Made by a program: the position numbers and the translations under genes
Assembly (NCBI GenBank): GCA_964035575.1
Contig: OZ037847.1
Span: 248,001-312,000, forward strand
Direction: 5' to 3'
DNA length: 64,000 nucleotides
From: Rhynchopus sp. YZ270_cl-10
Taxonomy: Eukaryota
The notes under the pieces: model-generated
The model's database searches: none
Told to the model about the DNA's origin: nothing
The model's input: the letters and a program-made list of their open reading frames with translations, nothing else
In this document: positions 21,534-32,900 of the stretch, one piece after another
How positions within the stretch are numbered: the stretch's first letter is position 1
How the letters are laid out: the number at the start of each line of letters is the position of its first letter

Positions 21534-23288
21534 TCACAGCTCGTCGTCAAGTCCTCCAGCAACAGCGTTCATGGCCACAGACTCCTTTCCACTCTTGTAC
21601 ATCTCGTACGCAGTTCTGACTGAGGCAGGGCGCTCGTCAAACCATTTGTCCACAACAAGGTTCCAGTCGACCTTGGGAAGCTGCTCCTTCGTCACAACAG
21701 GCATCGTGAAGTACGACGCATCGCTGCCACCATAGTGCACAGTGTTTTCTGCAATGAACACAGGTGTCTGCTCCTCAATCATCGGCTTTCCGTTGTTCGG
21801 GTTCGCCTCAAACCTCGGGTAGTTCGAGGAAGACACAGACACACGGAACTGGTGGCCCTTCGGGAAGATGAAGCTGGTGTTCCACAGCGACACCTCCACT
21901 TCGTACACCTGGCCAGGTGTGATCAAGTCAGGGTTCACACCGCCACGTTCACCGTGACGCCACCTCATGCGCACAATGCCGTCGTTGATCAGAATCGCCC
22001 GTCCATCAGAGTGCACGTGTGTGAGCTTTGCTGTGAAGTCGGTGTCCGTGCAGTTGCTGCTCACGAACAGTGTGGCGGTGATGGGTCCTGTGATCACCAG
22101 ATCCTCCTCCAGCTTCTCAGAGGTGAAGTCGAGCACATCAGCACGGTGGGCATGGCTCACGTTCTGTTGGTCCTTAGCACCACACGACGTCTCGAGGTTG
22201 TTCCCACCAATGGTGGCCACAGGGTCAGCAGGGTCGTAGATGAACGATGTTGTGCCGTCAGCAGGAACCTCCGTTGCCATTGCCATCCCCCCCGTCATGT
22301 AGTACTTGACAGGTGTGAACACAGGCCACTCTGCAAGCGACGTCCAGTAGTTACCTGGTGCAAATGGATCGACGTAGGTTCCTTTCTTGTCGCCAGCACC
22401 CATCACATAGAACGTGATGTTCTTGATCTCTGACGGAGGGCTTCTTCCTGCAAACACGTCGACAGCAGTGATGAAGGCAATGTCCACCTTTCTGTCCTCA
22501 ATGAGGTAGATGGGGCAGTCCTTTGCAATGCAGTGTCCACACGCCTGCACAATCAGGTACGAGTCGTGTCCCTTGTTTCTGTAACATTCGTGTGCCGCAA
22601 GGTTTCCAAGTGTGAAGATGTCGTACCAGCCTGCGAGGAACACTGACGGGAAGTAGACATCGTCGCACTTGTCCCATGTGATGTTCACAGGGGACCACCA
22701 CTCAGACGGGTTTTCGTGTTCCTTGGACACGTTGATCAGCCTCTCGGTCTGTCCGTGAAAGTGCTTGAGCCAGTGTGTCAAGAGCTGATGTCTCCACGCA
22801 CCACCTGGGTATGTCATACCACGAGCGTACATCGTTGCCCACATGATGAACTGCTTCTTGAGCTGCGGTGGCTTGTGCTCCCACGACATGAGACCAGCCA
22901 GCCCGTCTGCAGACGCACCCACTTGATAGATTTCACCGTTTGACCACGCCTGCCCCTCAATCCATTTGAAGGTGTCGTAAGAGTCGTTGGGCTGCGACCT
23001 CCACAGGGTGAAGTCCTGGCCGCCTGAAATGGAGTCCTTGGTCCCGCGCATGTCCTGCCTCACTGAACAGTACTCATCACCCAGCGCGACGGCGAAGGCT
23101 GTGGCTATCTCCTCTGATTTTGTGTGACCGTACACAGAGGTGTCGTAGATGGCTGTCTTCTGTTTGTTGCCGATGATGGGGCAGTTGATGTAGGTGCTGA
23201 GGTTGTAGCCGTCACGCATGGGGACCATCACCTTCAACTCCGCAGTGGCTGCAGCGAAGCAGCAGAGCAGCAGAGGAACGACTCTCAT
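21534..23288 (-). CDS. Secreted CocE/NonD-family (peptidase S15-like) alpha/beta hydrolase, copy 1
   Basis: Signal peptide; VPMRDG, QDMRG..S.G, WSNG, GASADG (nucleophile), GWYD, YDPADPV..GG, ITGPI.ATLFVSS..DTDFTAKL, HQFRVSVSSSNYPRF. Confidence 0.92.
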   Translation of the reverse strand: MRVVPLLLCCFAAATAELKVMVPMRDGYNLSTYINCPIIGNKQKTAIYDTSVYGHTKSEEIATAFAVALGDEYCSVRQDMRGTKDSISGGQDFTLWRSQPNDSYDTFKWIEGQAWSNGEIYQVGASADGLAGLMSWEHKPPQLKKQFIMWATMYARGMTYPGGAWRHQLLTHWLKHFHGQTERLINVSKEHENPSEWWSPVNITWDKCDDVYFPSVFLAGWYDIFTLGNLAAHECYRNKGHDSYLIVQACGHCIAKDCPIYLIEDRKVDIAFITAVDVFAGRSPPSEIKNITFYVMGAGDKKGTYVDPFAPGNYWTSLAEWPVFTPVKYYMTGGMAMATEVPADGTTSFIYDPADPVATIGGNNLETSCGAKDQQNVSHAHRADVLDFTSEKLEEDLVITGPITATLFVSSNCTDTDFTAKLTHVHSDGRAILINDGIVRMRWRHGERGGVNPDLITPGQVYEVEVSLWNTSFIFPKGHQFRVSVSSSNYPRFEANPNNGKPMIEEQTPVFIAENTVHYGGSDASYFTMPVVTKEQLPKVDWNLVVDKWFDERPASVRTAYEMYKSGKESVAMNAVAGGLDDEL

Positions 23289-24797
23289 GTTGATAACGTA
23301 TGCCTGGGTGTGCGTGAGGGTTGTTGACTATGGGGTGCTAAGAAACTAAGAAAAGATCCACGCCCATACGTTATGCAAATACTTGAAACCTTGCAACAAA
23401 ACAGTGGAACATCACACGTGTGGTGGGCAACCATAAGAGGAGGCAGGCTTCTAGAGACGGCCACCTTTGAGTGCTTTTTTCATAACGAATGGAGGTGCCG
23501 TGTATTTGCATCACCTTCACGCAGTCAAACGATGTGCAAAGACTGACACGAAGGGATGGTGAAACACACATAACACACCAATGGCACTCTAGAGCATGGA
23601 ACACTAAACAAGTAGGCATCAAAAAAGAAAAGACACCAGCCGACTGCGATAAGAATGGTGATGCTGGCATTGCACAATACACTCTGTGCGAACTCCACTC
23701 TGAACCAGGCCTACCTAAGTACCAATGATCGTTGCAAAGAAACCTTGTAAGAAGTATCTGCCTCCCAGCATAACAAACACAACCAAGAAACAAGGTTTTG
23801 CCTGTAGTGGGAATCTTGCAAACAAAATCATTGTACTAAACAAAAGTGTCGTCTTTACAACGTTATTTGGCTCTTTAGACACTCTGGTTCAGTGTAGAAG
23901 GGTGCGGGGCCAGGGTAACAATAGGTGTTCTACATGCTAACTGCATTGACACTGGAAAGTTTCGCGTACGTGCCGTCATGACTATTTCTATTGTGCAGCA
24001 GCAAAAGGCAAAACACCAACCACCAAACAAAACAAAATACTATTTTAAAATAAAGAGAAATGCAAAAGAAAACTTCTCGCATTCCGGTTGCCATAACCGT
24101 TCACAAAACTGTACAATTTCCTGTTTTCTCGGGGGTTAAAATTCGCACACAAAAACAGAAAGAGCTTAAGGTGACTGTGCCTCGTTTTAAAAAAAAAGTG
24201 CGGTAAACATAAAAAGAAATACGTTGCCATTTTGGGCGACAGGAACGGAATTGTGTCTTGTAACCTGAGCATGTAAAGATCTAAAGAGACAGCCAACCTC
24301 AAAGAGCCGGGACAACAGACGGAAACAGGAAACTTGACGCAGAAAATTGCCGATGAAAAAAAATAGGGACGTCACCTGGTTTTCTTTCCCGCATGGTCCC
24401 TCATATCTGTGTGGAGGCTTGCTCAGAGAGCCTTCTCAGTGCGGCGACACTTGGTGTTCCTTCTGCGCACCATGGTCTGGTGGGATGTGTGGAGGGGGAG
24501 CAAAGGGCGTGCACCATTTACGCGAACACAAATAACTTAATGAAAGGGAACGTAAACGCAAACTGTGCACACTCTTTAATAAGAAGATACAACGATAAAA
24601 GAAAGAAATGTAAAGAATTGGTTGCCTTTGCGTACACGACACGGAACACATGAACCAACAGCACTCCTCACAAAAAACCATTGCTACATAAAAAGTGACA
24701 TATAAAGTGAGGGAAAAAAACAAAATAAAATGAGTGTTCAAAAATATTTCTGGAGCTGACACGATGCTCATTCCTGGTAGGATTTTTCACTCTGAAC

Positions 24798-26552
24798 TCA
24801 CAGCTCGTCGTCAAGTCCTCCAGCAACAGCGTTCATGGCCACAGACTCCTTTCCACTCTTGTACATCTCGTACGCAGTTCTGACTGAGGCAGGGCGCTCG
24901 TCAAACCATTTGTCCACAACAAGGTTCCAGTCGACCTTGGGAAGCTGCTCCTTCGTCACAACAGGCATCGTGAAGTACGACGCATCGCTGCCACCATAGT
25001 GCACAGTGTTTTCTGCAATGAACACAGGTGTCTGCTCCTCAATCATCGGCTTTCCGTTGTTCGGGTTCGCCTCAAACCTCGGGTAGTTCGAGGAAGACAC
25101 AGACACACGGAACTGGTGGCCCTTCGGGAAGATGAAGCTGGTGTTCCACAGCGACACCTCCACTTCGTACACCTGGCCAGGTGTGATCAAGTCAGGGTTC
25201 ACACCGCCACGTTCACCGTGACGCCACCTCATGCGCACAATGCCGTCGTTGATCAGAATCGCCCGTCCATCAGAGTGCACGTGTGTGAGCTTTGCTGTGA
25301 AGTCGGTGTCCGTGCAGTTGCTGCTCACGAACAGTGTGGCGGTGATGGGTCCTGTGATCACCAGATCCTCCTCCAGCTTCTCAGAGGTGAAGTCGAGCAC
25401 ATCGGCACGGTGGGCGTGGCTCACATTCTGTTGGTCTCTGGCACCACACGACGTCTCGAGGTTGTTCCCACCAATGGTGGCCACAGGGTCGGCAGGGTCG
25501 TAGATGAACGATGTTGCACCGGCAGCAGGAACCTCTGTTGCCATTGCCATCCCCCCCGTCATGTAGTACTTGACAGGTGTGAACACAGGCCACTCTGCAA
25601 GCGACGTCCAGTAGTTTCCTGGTGCAAATGGATCGACGTAGGTTCCTTTCTTGTCGCCAGCACCCATCACATAGAACGTGATGTTCTTGATCTCTGACGG
25701 AGGGCTTCTTCCTGCAAACACGTCGACAGCAGTGATGAAGGCAATGTCCACCTTTCTGTCCTCAATGAGGTAGATGGGGCAGTCCTTTGCAATGCAGTGT
25801 CCACACGCCTGCACAATCAGGTACGAGTCGTGTCCCTTGTTTCTGTAACATTCGTGTGCCGCAAGGTTTCCAAGTGTGAAGATGTCGTACCAGCCTGCGA
25901 GGAACACTGACGGGAAGTAGACATCGTCGCACTTGTCCCATGTGATGTTCACAGGGGTCCACCACTCAGACGGCTTTTCGTGTTCCTTGGACACGTTGAT
26001 CAGCCTCTCGGTCTGTCCCGGGAAATGTCTGAGCCAGTGTGTCAAGAGCTGATGCCTCCACGCACCACCTGGGTACGTCATACCACGAGCGTACATCGTT
26101 GCCCACATGATGAACTGCTTCTTGAGCTGCGGTGGTTTGTTCTCCCACGACATGAGAGTAGCAAGCCCGTCTGCAGACGCACCCACTTGGTAAATTTCAC
26201 CGTTTGACCACGCCTGTCCCTCAATCCATTTGAAGGTGTCGTAAGAATCGTTGGACTGCGACCTCCACAGGGTGAAGTCCTGGCCGCCCGAAATGGAGTC
26301 CTGGGTCCCGCGCATGTCCTGCCTCACTGAACAGTACTCATCACCCAGTGCAACCGCGAAGGCAACAGCCATCTCTTCGGAACCGGTGTGGCCGTAGGTA
26401 GACGCGTCGTAGATGACTGTCTTCTGCTTGTCGCCGATGATGGCGCAGTTGATGTAGGTGCTGAGGTTGTAGCCGTCACGCATGGGGACCATCACCTTCA
26501 ACTCCGCAGTGGCTGCAGCGAAGCAGCAGAGCAGCAGAGGAACGACTCTCAT
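24798..26552 (-). CDS. Secreted CocE/NonD-family hydrolase, copy 2
   Basis: Same 1755-bp length and motifs as copy 1; true start is MRVVPLL at 26552, not the ORF-track start at 26783. Confidence 0.92.
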   Translation of the reverse strand: MRVVPLLLCCFAAATAELKVMVPMRDGYNLSTYINCAIIGDKQKTVIYDASTYGHTGSEEMAVAFAVALGDEYCSVRQDMRGTQDSISGGQDFTLWRSQSNDSYDTFKWIEGQAWSNGEIYQVGASADGLATLMSWENKPPQLKKQFIMWATMYARGMTYPGGAWRHQLLTHWLRHFPGQTERLINVSKEHEKPSEWWTPVNITWDKCDDVYFPSVFLAGWYDIFTLGNLAAHECYRNKGHDSYLIVQACGHCIAKDCPIYLIEDRKVDIAFITAVDVFAGRSPPSEIKNITFYVMGAGDKKGTYVDPFAPGNYWTSLAEWPVFTPVKYYMTGGMAMATEVPAAGATSFIYDPADPVATIGGNNLETSCGARDQQNVSHAHRADVLDFTSEKLEEDLVITGPITATLFVSSNCTDTDFTAKLTHVHSDGRAILINDGIVRMRWRHGERGGVNPDLITPGQVYEVEVSLWNTSFIFPKGHQFRVSVSSSNYPRFEANPNNGKPMIEEQTPVFIAENTVHYGGSDASYFTMPVVTKEQLPKVDWNLVVDKWFDERPASVRTAYEMYKSGKESVAMNAVAGGLDDEL

Positions 26553-26902
26553 GTTGATAACGTATGCCTGGGTGTGTGAAGTGGTTTGGGAATGCCATGA
26601 GGAAGGGAGAATCAAGAAAGAAAAACATGCAACAGTGTTTGTATATTCGTTGTCGAGGGAGCAGAACAAGAACAAAAAAAAATGGACCCAGAAAACTTGA
26701 CAAAGTCCTGCTGCGGTCCACGCATTTGTCCCTCTTCTGAGGTACCAAAACGAAAAGCACGGTCTTGACAAAGACCGTATCACTCTCCTACCACCCTCAG
26801 CAGTGTGGTTTCCCCCAAAGTATCAACACAGTTTTTTTCTTAAAGTCTTAAAAGTTATGTCTTAATTCTCCACAAAAACCCGGCAAAAAAGGGCACACCC
26901 CA

Positions 26903-29900
26903 TCACAACATCGGAATCAATACCAAAAGTGTCAACCCGTAGAAAGGAAGCAAAGCCACTGCGCTAGAGAGTTGCTCTTCTTGTACGGGGAGGGTGACTG
27001 TTGCTGTGATCACGATGGGCTCTGGGGTGGGCGCAGGTGTGGGCTCGATGACGGACGTGAAGATCTTGGGGAGGAGCATCTTCGAGTAGAAGATACGAAG
27101 CTCAGCGTACATGGGTGTGTCGTAGTCGAGAAGGGCTTCCTGCGCTTTAGCGGTGATGTCCTGTGCACTCACGACTGACCCTGGGTCACCTAGCCTGATC
27201 TCAAACTCGACCACGGGAAACATGCCTGCATGTGCCTGCAGAATATGTGGATGGCGGTCCAAAGCGTCCGACTCAGCAGTAGATAATATCCTGTTGTTCT
27301 GCCTGCACTTCGCGTACTGTGACTTATAAGCGTCTGTCATCCCCAACTCCGTCTCGACTGAGGTCAGCAAGCAAAGCCAATCTGCTCGTACAGTGCCCGC
27401 CGTCGCCCCAGGTATGCCTACACTCTTGCACGCACAGTTCGGGTTTGTCTCGCCATTCGGAAGCTTTTGGTCGCATGAGTTCCTCTCGACAAACGCTGTC
27501 GTGTTGTCCTGATTGCTTCTGCACAGGGTTCGCTCCTGCAGCGAGTCTGCCAAGAGGGACTCCATTTTGGAGAAACTCGTTTTCTTCATCAAATCTGTAA
27601 AGGAAGAGCTCATGAGCCCCATGACCAAGGACACTACAGGGTAGTCTACCTTCGTCCTCTTGGGGACTGGTGTCGGGATGAGCACTATAGGCTCCATGGC
27701 GTCGATGAACTCTGTGGACATGGACATCCCATTGCATGTGTTGTGTGGGTCTAACAAAGGGTCCATTGCACAGGAGAATACGATACGTGCTTTGCGACAC
27801 GGCTTCGCAAAGGCAAGCCCATCAAAGACAGCTTGCCCACCTACCACCGGCACAGCCCAGCCCTCTGCAGGCAGCACCTTGCTCTGCGCTGTATCCCACA
27901 CACCAAGGAGAGGTACTGTGTCGTAAACAGGCGATTTAGTATTGGTGGCCGGCACCACGCACACAGCAGAAAGCTTGATGCTGTGTCCCGACCGCTCCAA
28001 GAGCCCGCCCGTCGTGGTTAACTGTACTGCCAAAGAAAAGACGCTTCGTGAATGTGCGGAGCTGATCCAGACCCGTGGGATCTTCATCAACCTCTCGATA
28101 AGAGGCAGGTCTGTGGCACCTACCCCTTCTGGCTGCAGTCTGCGGAATGTGTCTGGAAAGTCGCAGACAGCCTCACCCGAGAAGAATTTGCATGCAACGC
28201 CTTCGATGACGATGGCCTGGAGGCTCTCGATGCGGAGGGAGATGTGGAATTCATGCACACCACGTCCGGTCCAGTCGCTGCCTCCGTTGGCAGAGAGGGT
28301 GAGTGCTTCGAGGTTGGAGTGCAGGTTTGCTTTGGGGTGGCGCATGGCGTTGGTGAAGACGGCAGCACCGCGCGAGAGCTTGCGGGTGTATGGGTTGTTT
28401 GCGTGGATGTTGAGGCGCGGGGAGTGAGCGTGCTCGAAGGTCCATGATGGGTCTGAACAGGTGGGGGGTGCGTGCAGCTCGCAGGTCATTGCTGTGTAGA
28501 ATCGTGGGACGGAGACGCAGGCACTGTTGTCTGGCAGGTCCGACCCGCTGCACAGCGCTGACGATGAAAAGCTGAGCTGCAGAACCAGGTCAGCACCGAG
28601 GCCCTCGCCCGCAACGACAGCAACATTGCCATGCTCGTCCACAGCGTGCACAACAATGTCCAAATACTGGCCCATCAGAATCCGCTCCGACCCGCCATGC
28701 ACCAAAGGCACCAACACCTCCTTCCCGTCACCCAGTTTGAAGACCATATCCACCTGCAGCCGAGTCGCCGTCACAACAACGAAAACAGGGCCAACACTCC
28801 CCAACGTCACCGAAAACAACGGTATTCTGTCTCTGTTAACCGCCGTCACCTCGAAGACAGGTGGGTTGTGTTCCCCGTCGTGCCCTGTTGCAGTGAGGTT
28901 GCGTGTAGGGCGTGCCGGCAGCCATCGGTATGTCTGGAGGGCTCTGTCGACCACGAAGTCTGATGCGTTGACGTAGGTCGCAAAGGGCCGTGTGGGGTAG
29001 AGGCCGCGCACGGTCACCTCGATGTCGTGCACGGCGATGTTGTACATAGTGGCGTTGGTGGTGTTCTCCACGGTGTTCGTGCCGTTCACCAAACTGTGCG
29101 CCATGCCCATGATGTGCAGCTGCACCACCATCCCCTCTGAGGTGCCCACAGCGGGCAGGCCCTCCTTCGTCAACCGCTTCAGCCCACCAAAGTTGTGCAC
29201 ACCAAACGGCGACCTGTAGTGCACCAAGTCTACGTGGTCGGGGTCTTCGGTAAGAACGCGCAGTTCGCTGGTAAGGACAGTCCCGTAGGGTAGGTTCACT
29301 ACGTCCGTGAAGGTGCAGAGTCCGTGCTCTTCAGAAAAGTGTCCTGTGAACGTGACTGCGCCAGAAGCCACGGCAGGCGTGCCGTTGTTTGTCGCATGGA
29401 AGCACCCAGGGGGGTCGACAACGACTGCCATCGTGCCAAGCCTGTCGCTTGCAAAGAGTTCGTTGATCTTGAGGTCTGGGTCCGCAGCGTAGAGCTCCAC
29501 CTCTGCGTGCTTCTCGCCTTTGGTGGTGTACCCTGTGGTGTACTGCAGTGTGGTGTTGTCGACGTCGGTGGTGTTGTCGTCACGTATAGTGGCGTGCACG
29601 GCAACGGTCTTGCTGGACCGCCAGTGGAAGAGTGTGGACCCGAAGGGAACAACGTCGACAGTGAGCTTTGCAGAGCGGTACACACTGTGGCTGTGGCGGA
29701 AGGTCAGCTCGCAGGGGCCGTGCCCAGAGTACGCACGGAGGCGGAGTGTGGCAGCGCCGTATGCAAAGGGGCGGCCACGTTGTTCACCAATGCCGTCCAG
29801 CTCGAACATCGTGTTGCACTTTTCCACCCACACCGATCCAGTCGCATTGGTCGATTTGAAGGCACGCCCGCCCCAGAGCAAGGGGTCGCTGTGCACATCA

Positions 29901-32900
29901 CGTCCAACCCCCCACACCACCACCTCAAACCAGGTGTCCGACGTCACAACGTGAACACGCGTTCCATTCGGACTGATCACAGCCAAAACCTCCGGTGGGG
30001 GCGCGGTGAACAGTGCTGGCTGTTCGCCCGACGCAGCAATGCCGGCCTCGAGGTGGATGGGATAGCGTCCTGCTGGGGTCGTGGCGAACATGTATTGTGT
30101 CATCAGGCCGCCTGGGCTTCCGGAGAAGAGCAGATCTGCGTGATTCATGATGTACATATCGCCGAGAGGCTTCAACGGGTCCAGCGGGACGTACGATCGG
30201 AGCAGTCCGTCCTGTGCAAGAAGGGGGGCATGCGAGAGTGTCGCATCCCCACGCACCACAGTAAGATTCCGTGTCGCCACTGCCGATATCTGCACCGCAG
30301 CACTCTTCTTCACAGCCTTCGTCAGGTTCAGCGACACCCACGGCGGTTTGAACACTGGGAAGAACTGCCTTTGCCAGGACAGCAGCGACGGCCCTCCCAT
30401 TGCATACGACCGCTCGCCATCCTTGTCTGCCGCATAGAGATGTGTGGGGAGGGTGTGCACCTCACCCTTGGTGCGGATGACACGCTCGCCTTTGATCTTA
30501 AGAGGCACCATGGTGAAGGTGTGTGTGTCAGTGATAATTGTCATGTTGTGCCGCAGCATCGCCGGCCCGTCAATGGTGTTTTGGAACTGCAGGGGGATGC
30601 TGCACACTGTGCAGGTGCGGGCAAACTCCATACGGTAGATTGTACTGCCGTCGTGTGTGCAGCCGGAGACTGTCCGCTCGGGGGAGGAGGAGAGCGCCAT
30701 GTTAGTGACACGCAGGTCACCGCCACCGCCGCCGCCACTTCCGAGCAGGTTGCTCATGTTGAGGTACGTGCTGCTCCCCGCAGTGTCCTGCCCAGTCTCA
30801 CCCCAGGAAGGGAACCCAAGAGTATCTACAGACGACACGACCAAAGCAAAGGGACGTCGCTTGTAGCCATGAGGCACCTGGAGGCCCCGGTACGTCCACG
30901 CCACGCTACACGTCTTGACCGTGACACACAGGCGCGTGCCCTCGGAGGTTGCGCTCGCAGGGGTAGACAGAAGCGGCAGCGTGCTCACAGGAAACTCGCT
31001 GTAGCCCAGTGCAGGGGACACTGTGACCCACACCTCGCACATCGCACACGGTCGAGTGAAGTGGAAGTGTATCTCCGTCCCCTCGCCACCAAGAGAGGCA
31101 GACTCAACGCGAGCACGCAGGCCCAAACGGTACTCCCGTGCCCCAGTTGCTGCAGGCCTGTCCAGGTCCAGCCGGAACTGCGGGTGGGTCTGGTAGTGAC
31201 ATTTGGTCTGCCAGTGCGGTGCAAAGCGCTTCTGCTCGATGTTTGCTGTGTGGCCGAGGAAGCCGCCATATGCATACTTGACTACCTCTGAGTCGCGTTG
31301 GAGTGTGCTTGCCCCTTCCGTGGGGGTGCCCGGTCTCTGGCGGATCTGCAGCAGCACGTCTGCTGCGCCAACTGTGTTGTAGAGCCAGCCGTGCAGGCTG
31401 CGGGTAAGACGCACAGAGACGCGCATGTTGTCACCTACGTAGAGCTCGCCCCTGGCCACCTTTGCGTCCTGCAGGTTCTGCGAGACAATGGACACACCCT
31501 CCGTGGACATGGGTGCCACGGTGAAAAGCTTTGTCACCACAGACCGCTTGCCCAGAACCGGCAGGCGGTCTGTGACGGTGTCCGAGTGGTCGCGTGGGAT
31601 AAGGCAGTTCAACGCCGTGACAGTTGCATGCGCATAGCACAGCTGAATCGTGAGCGCACAGCTCTCGCACGGTGCCGAATAGTTGACCCAAAAGCTGACC
31701 TGCCCGCTCTTCGAGGTGATCAAGTGTGCGTTGGGTGCCACTGTGTTGTTTACCTTTGTGAATGCTGTCTCGTGGAGAAGCCCTTCACGGGTGCCGCCTT
31801 GACCGATCATAAGCAACTCCATGCCGCCGTCACCACAGCCCCCTGAGGCGGTGCTCGTTACCATCACAGTCGAGGAAGGGTAGTTGCGCACGATGGCTCC
31901 GCCTGCAGACGCGATGAACGCAGAGAACAATGCGGGTGCACCTACCTGCAGGGGCGACGCGGCGTACTGACTGCCCACACCAGGGTTCTCTTGGAAGCGG
32001 ACGTACGACCCACGGCGGAACGCATACGTGGCCGGTGTGGCGGTGCAGGAAAACTCCCCCAACGCCGCATCCGGCACGACCAACTGGTCAGGCGACTGCG
32101 AGAGATACCCCCAACGGAACTTCGTTGGACTGATGTACGGCTGGAAGCTATCAAGACTCACAATGAACACCTCACTCCCTGTCTCACTCGCCTCTATCCC
32201 TGCTGTCGTGGCTGTCACAGTGATGGTCACAGCGGTGCGGGAGTCTGTCAGACGCACTGTCTGGTTTGTCAGATTCTGTGCTACCGGGAAGACGACCTTC
32301 TTGAACTCTTGCCCACGCTGGAATATGCCGAACGCAAAGTGTGTGTCATATGCAATGGTTTTGACCTCTGCAGGCGCGTCAGGGGTGGGCTTGAGGCCTA
32401 TCGTGGGGAGGACGCGGAAGGTGACGAGCGTTTCGCAGACGTAGAGGAAGTCAGCACTGCCTGTGGAGAAGGAGGCTTCGAGGAGGTCCAGCGAGCGCGA
32501 CACAGACGGCACAGCAGTCTCGGGGAGTGTGATGAACAGACGTATCGCGATGCACGGTCGGTCCAGGTCCCGCGACAGCACCGTACCCAGAGCAGGGTCG
32601 TCCACAGTGCTGCAGATCTCAAACCGGCAGTCGCGGCACAGCCGGTCCTGCCCCTTTGCCAGCTTCACCTCACCCTTCCACCCATTCGACCACATCTTCC
32701 CTTCAACGTCCACCAAAATCCCGCCATTGGAAGCGCCATTCAGTATTGTAGCATCATCAGGGTTCAACGGCAGTGTCGGCTTCGCCCCCAGCGTCTGGGT
32801 AGAAATCAATCCCAAGGTGCCCGGCATGCGCAATGTGAAATTCCGTGGTGACGTGAACGGCACGTCTGCGTCGCGCTCCCAGGTCTCTACAACGAAGCCT

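Noticed and set aside
26553..26783. 77-aa N-terminal extension of CocE copy 2 (likewise upstream extensions of ORFs 43108-44376, 46912-48393, 49679-51184)
   Set aside because: Not shared with paralogues, spacer-like composition, and a better start or signal peptide lies downstream.
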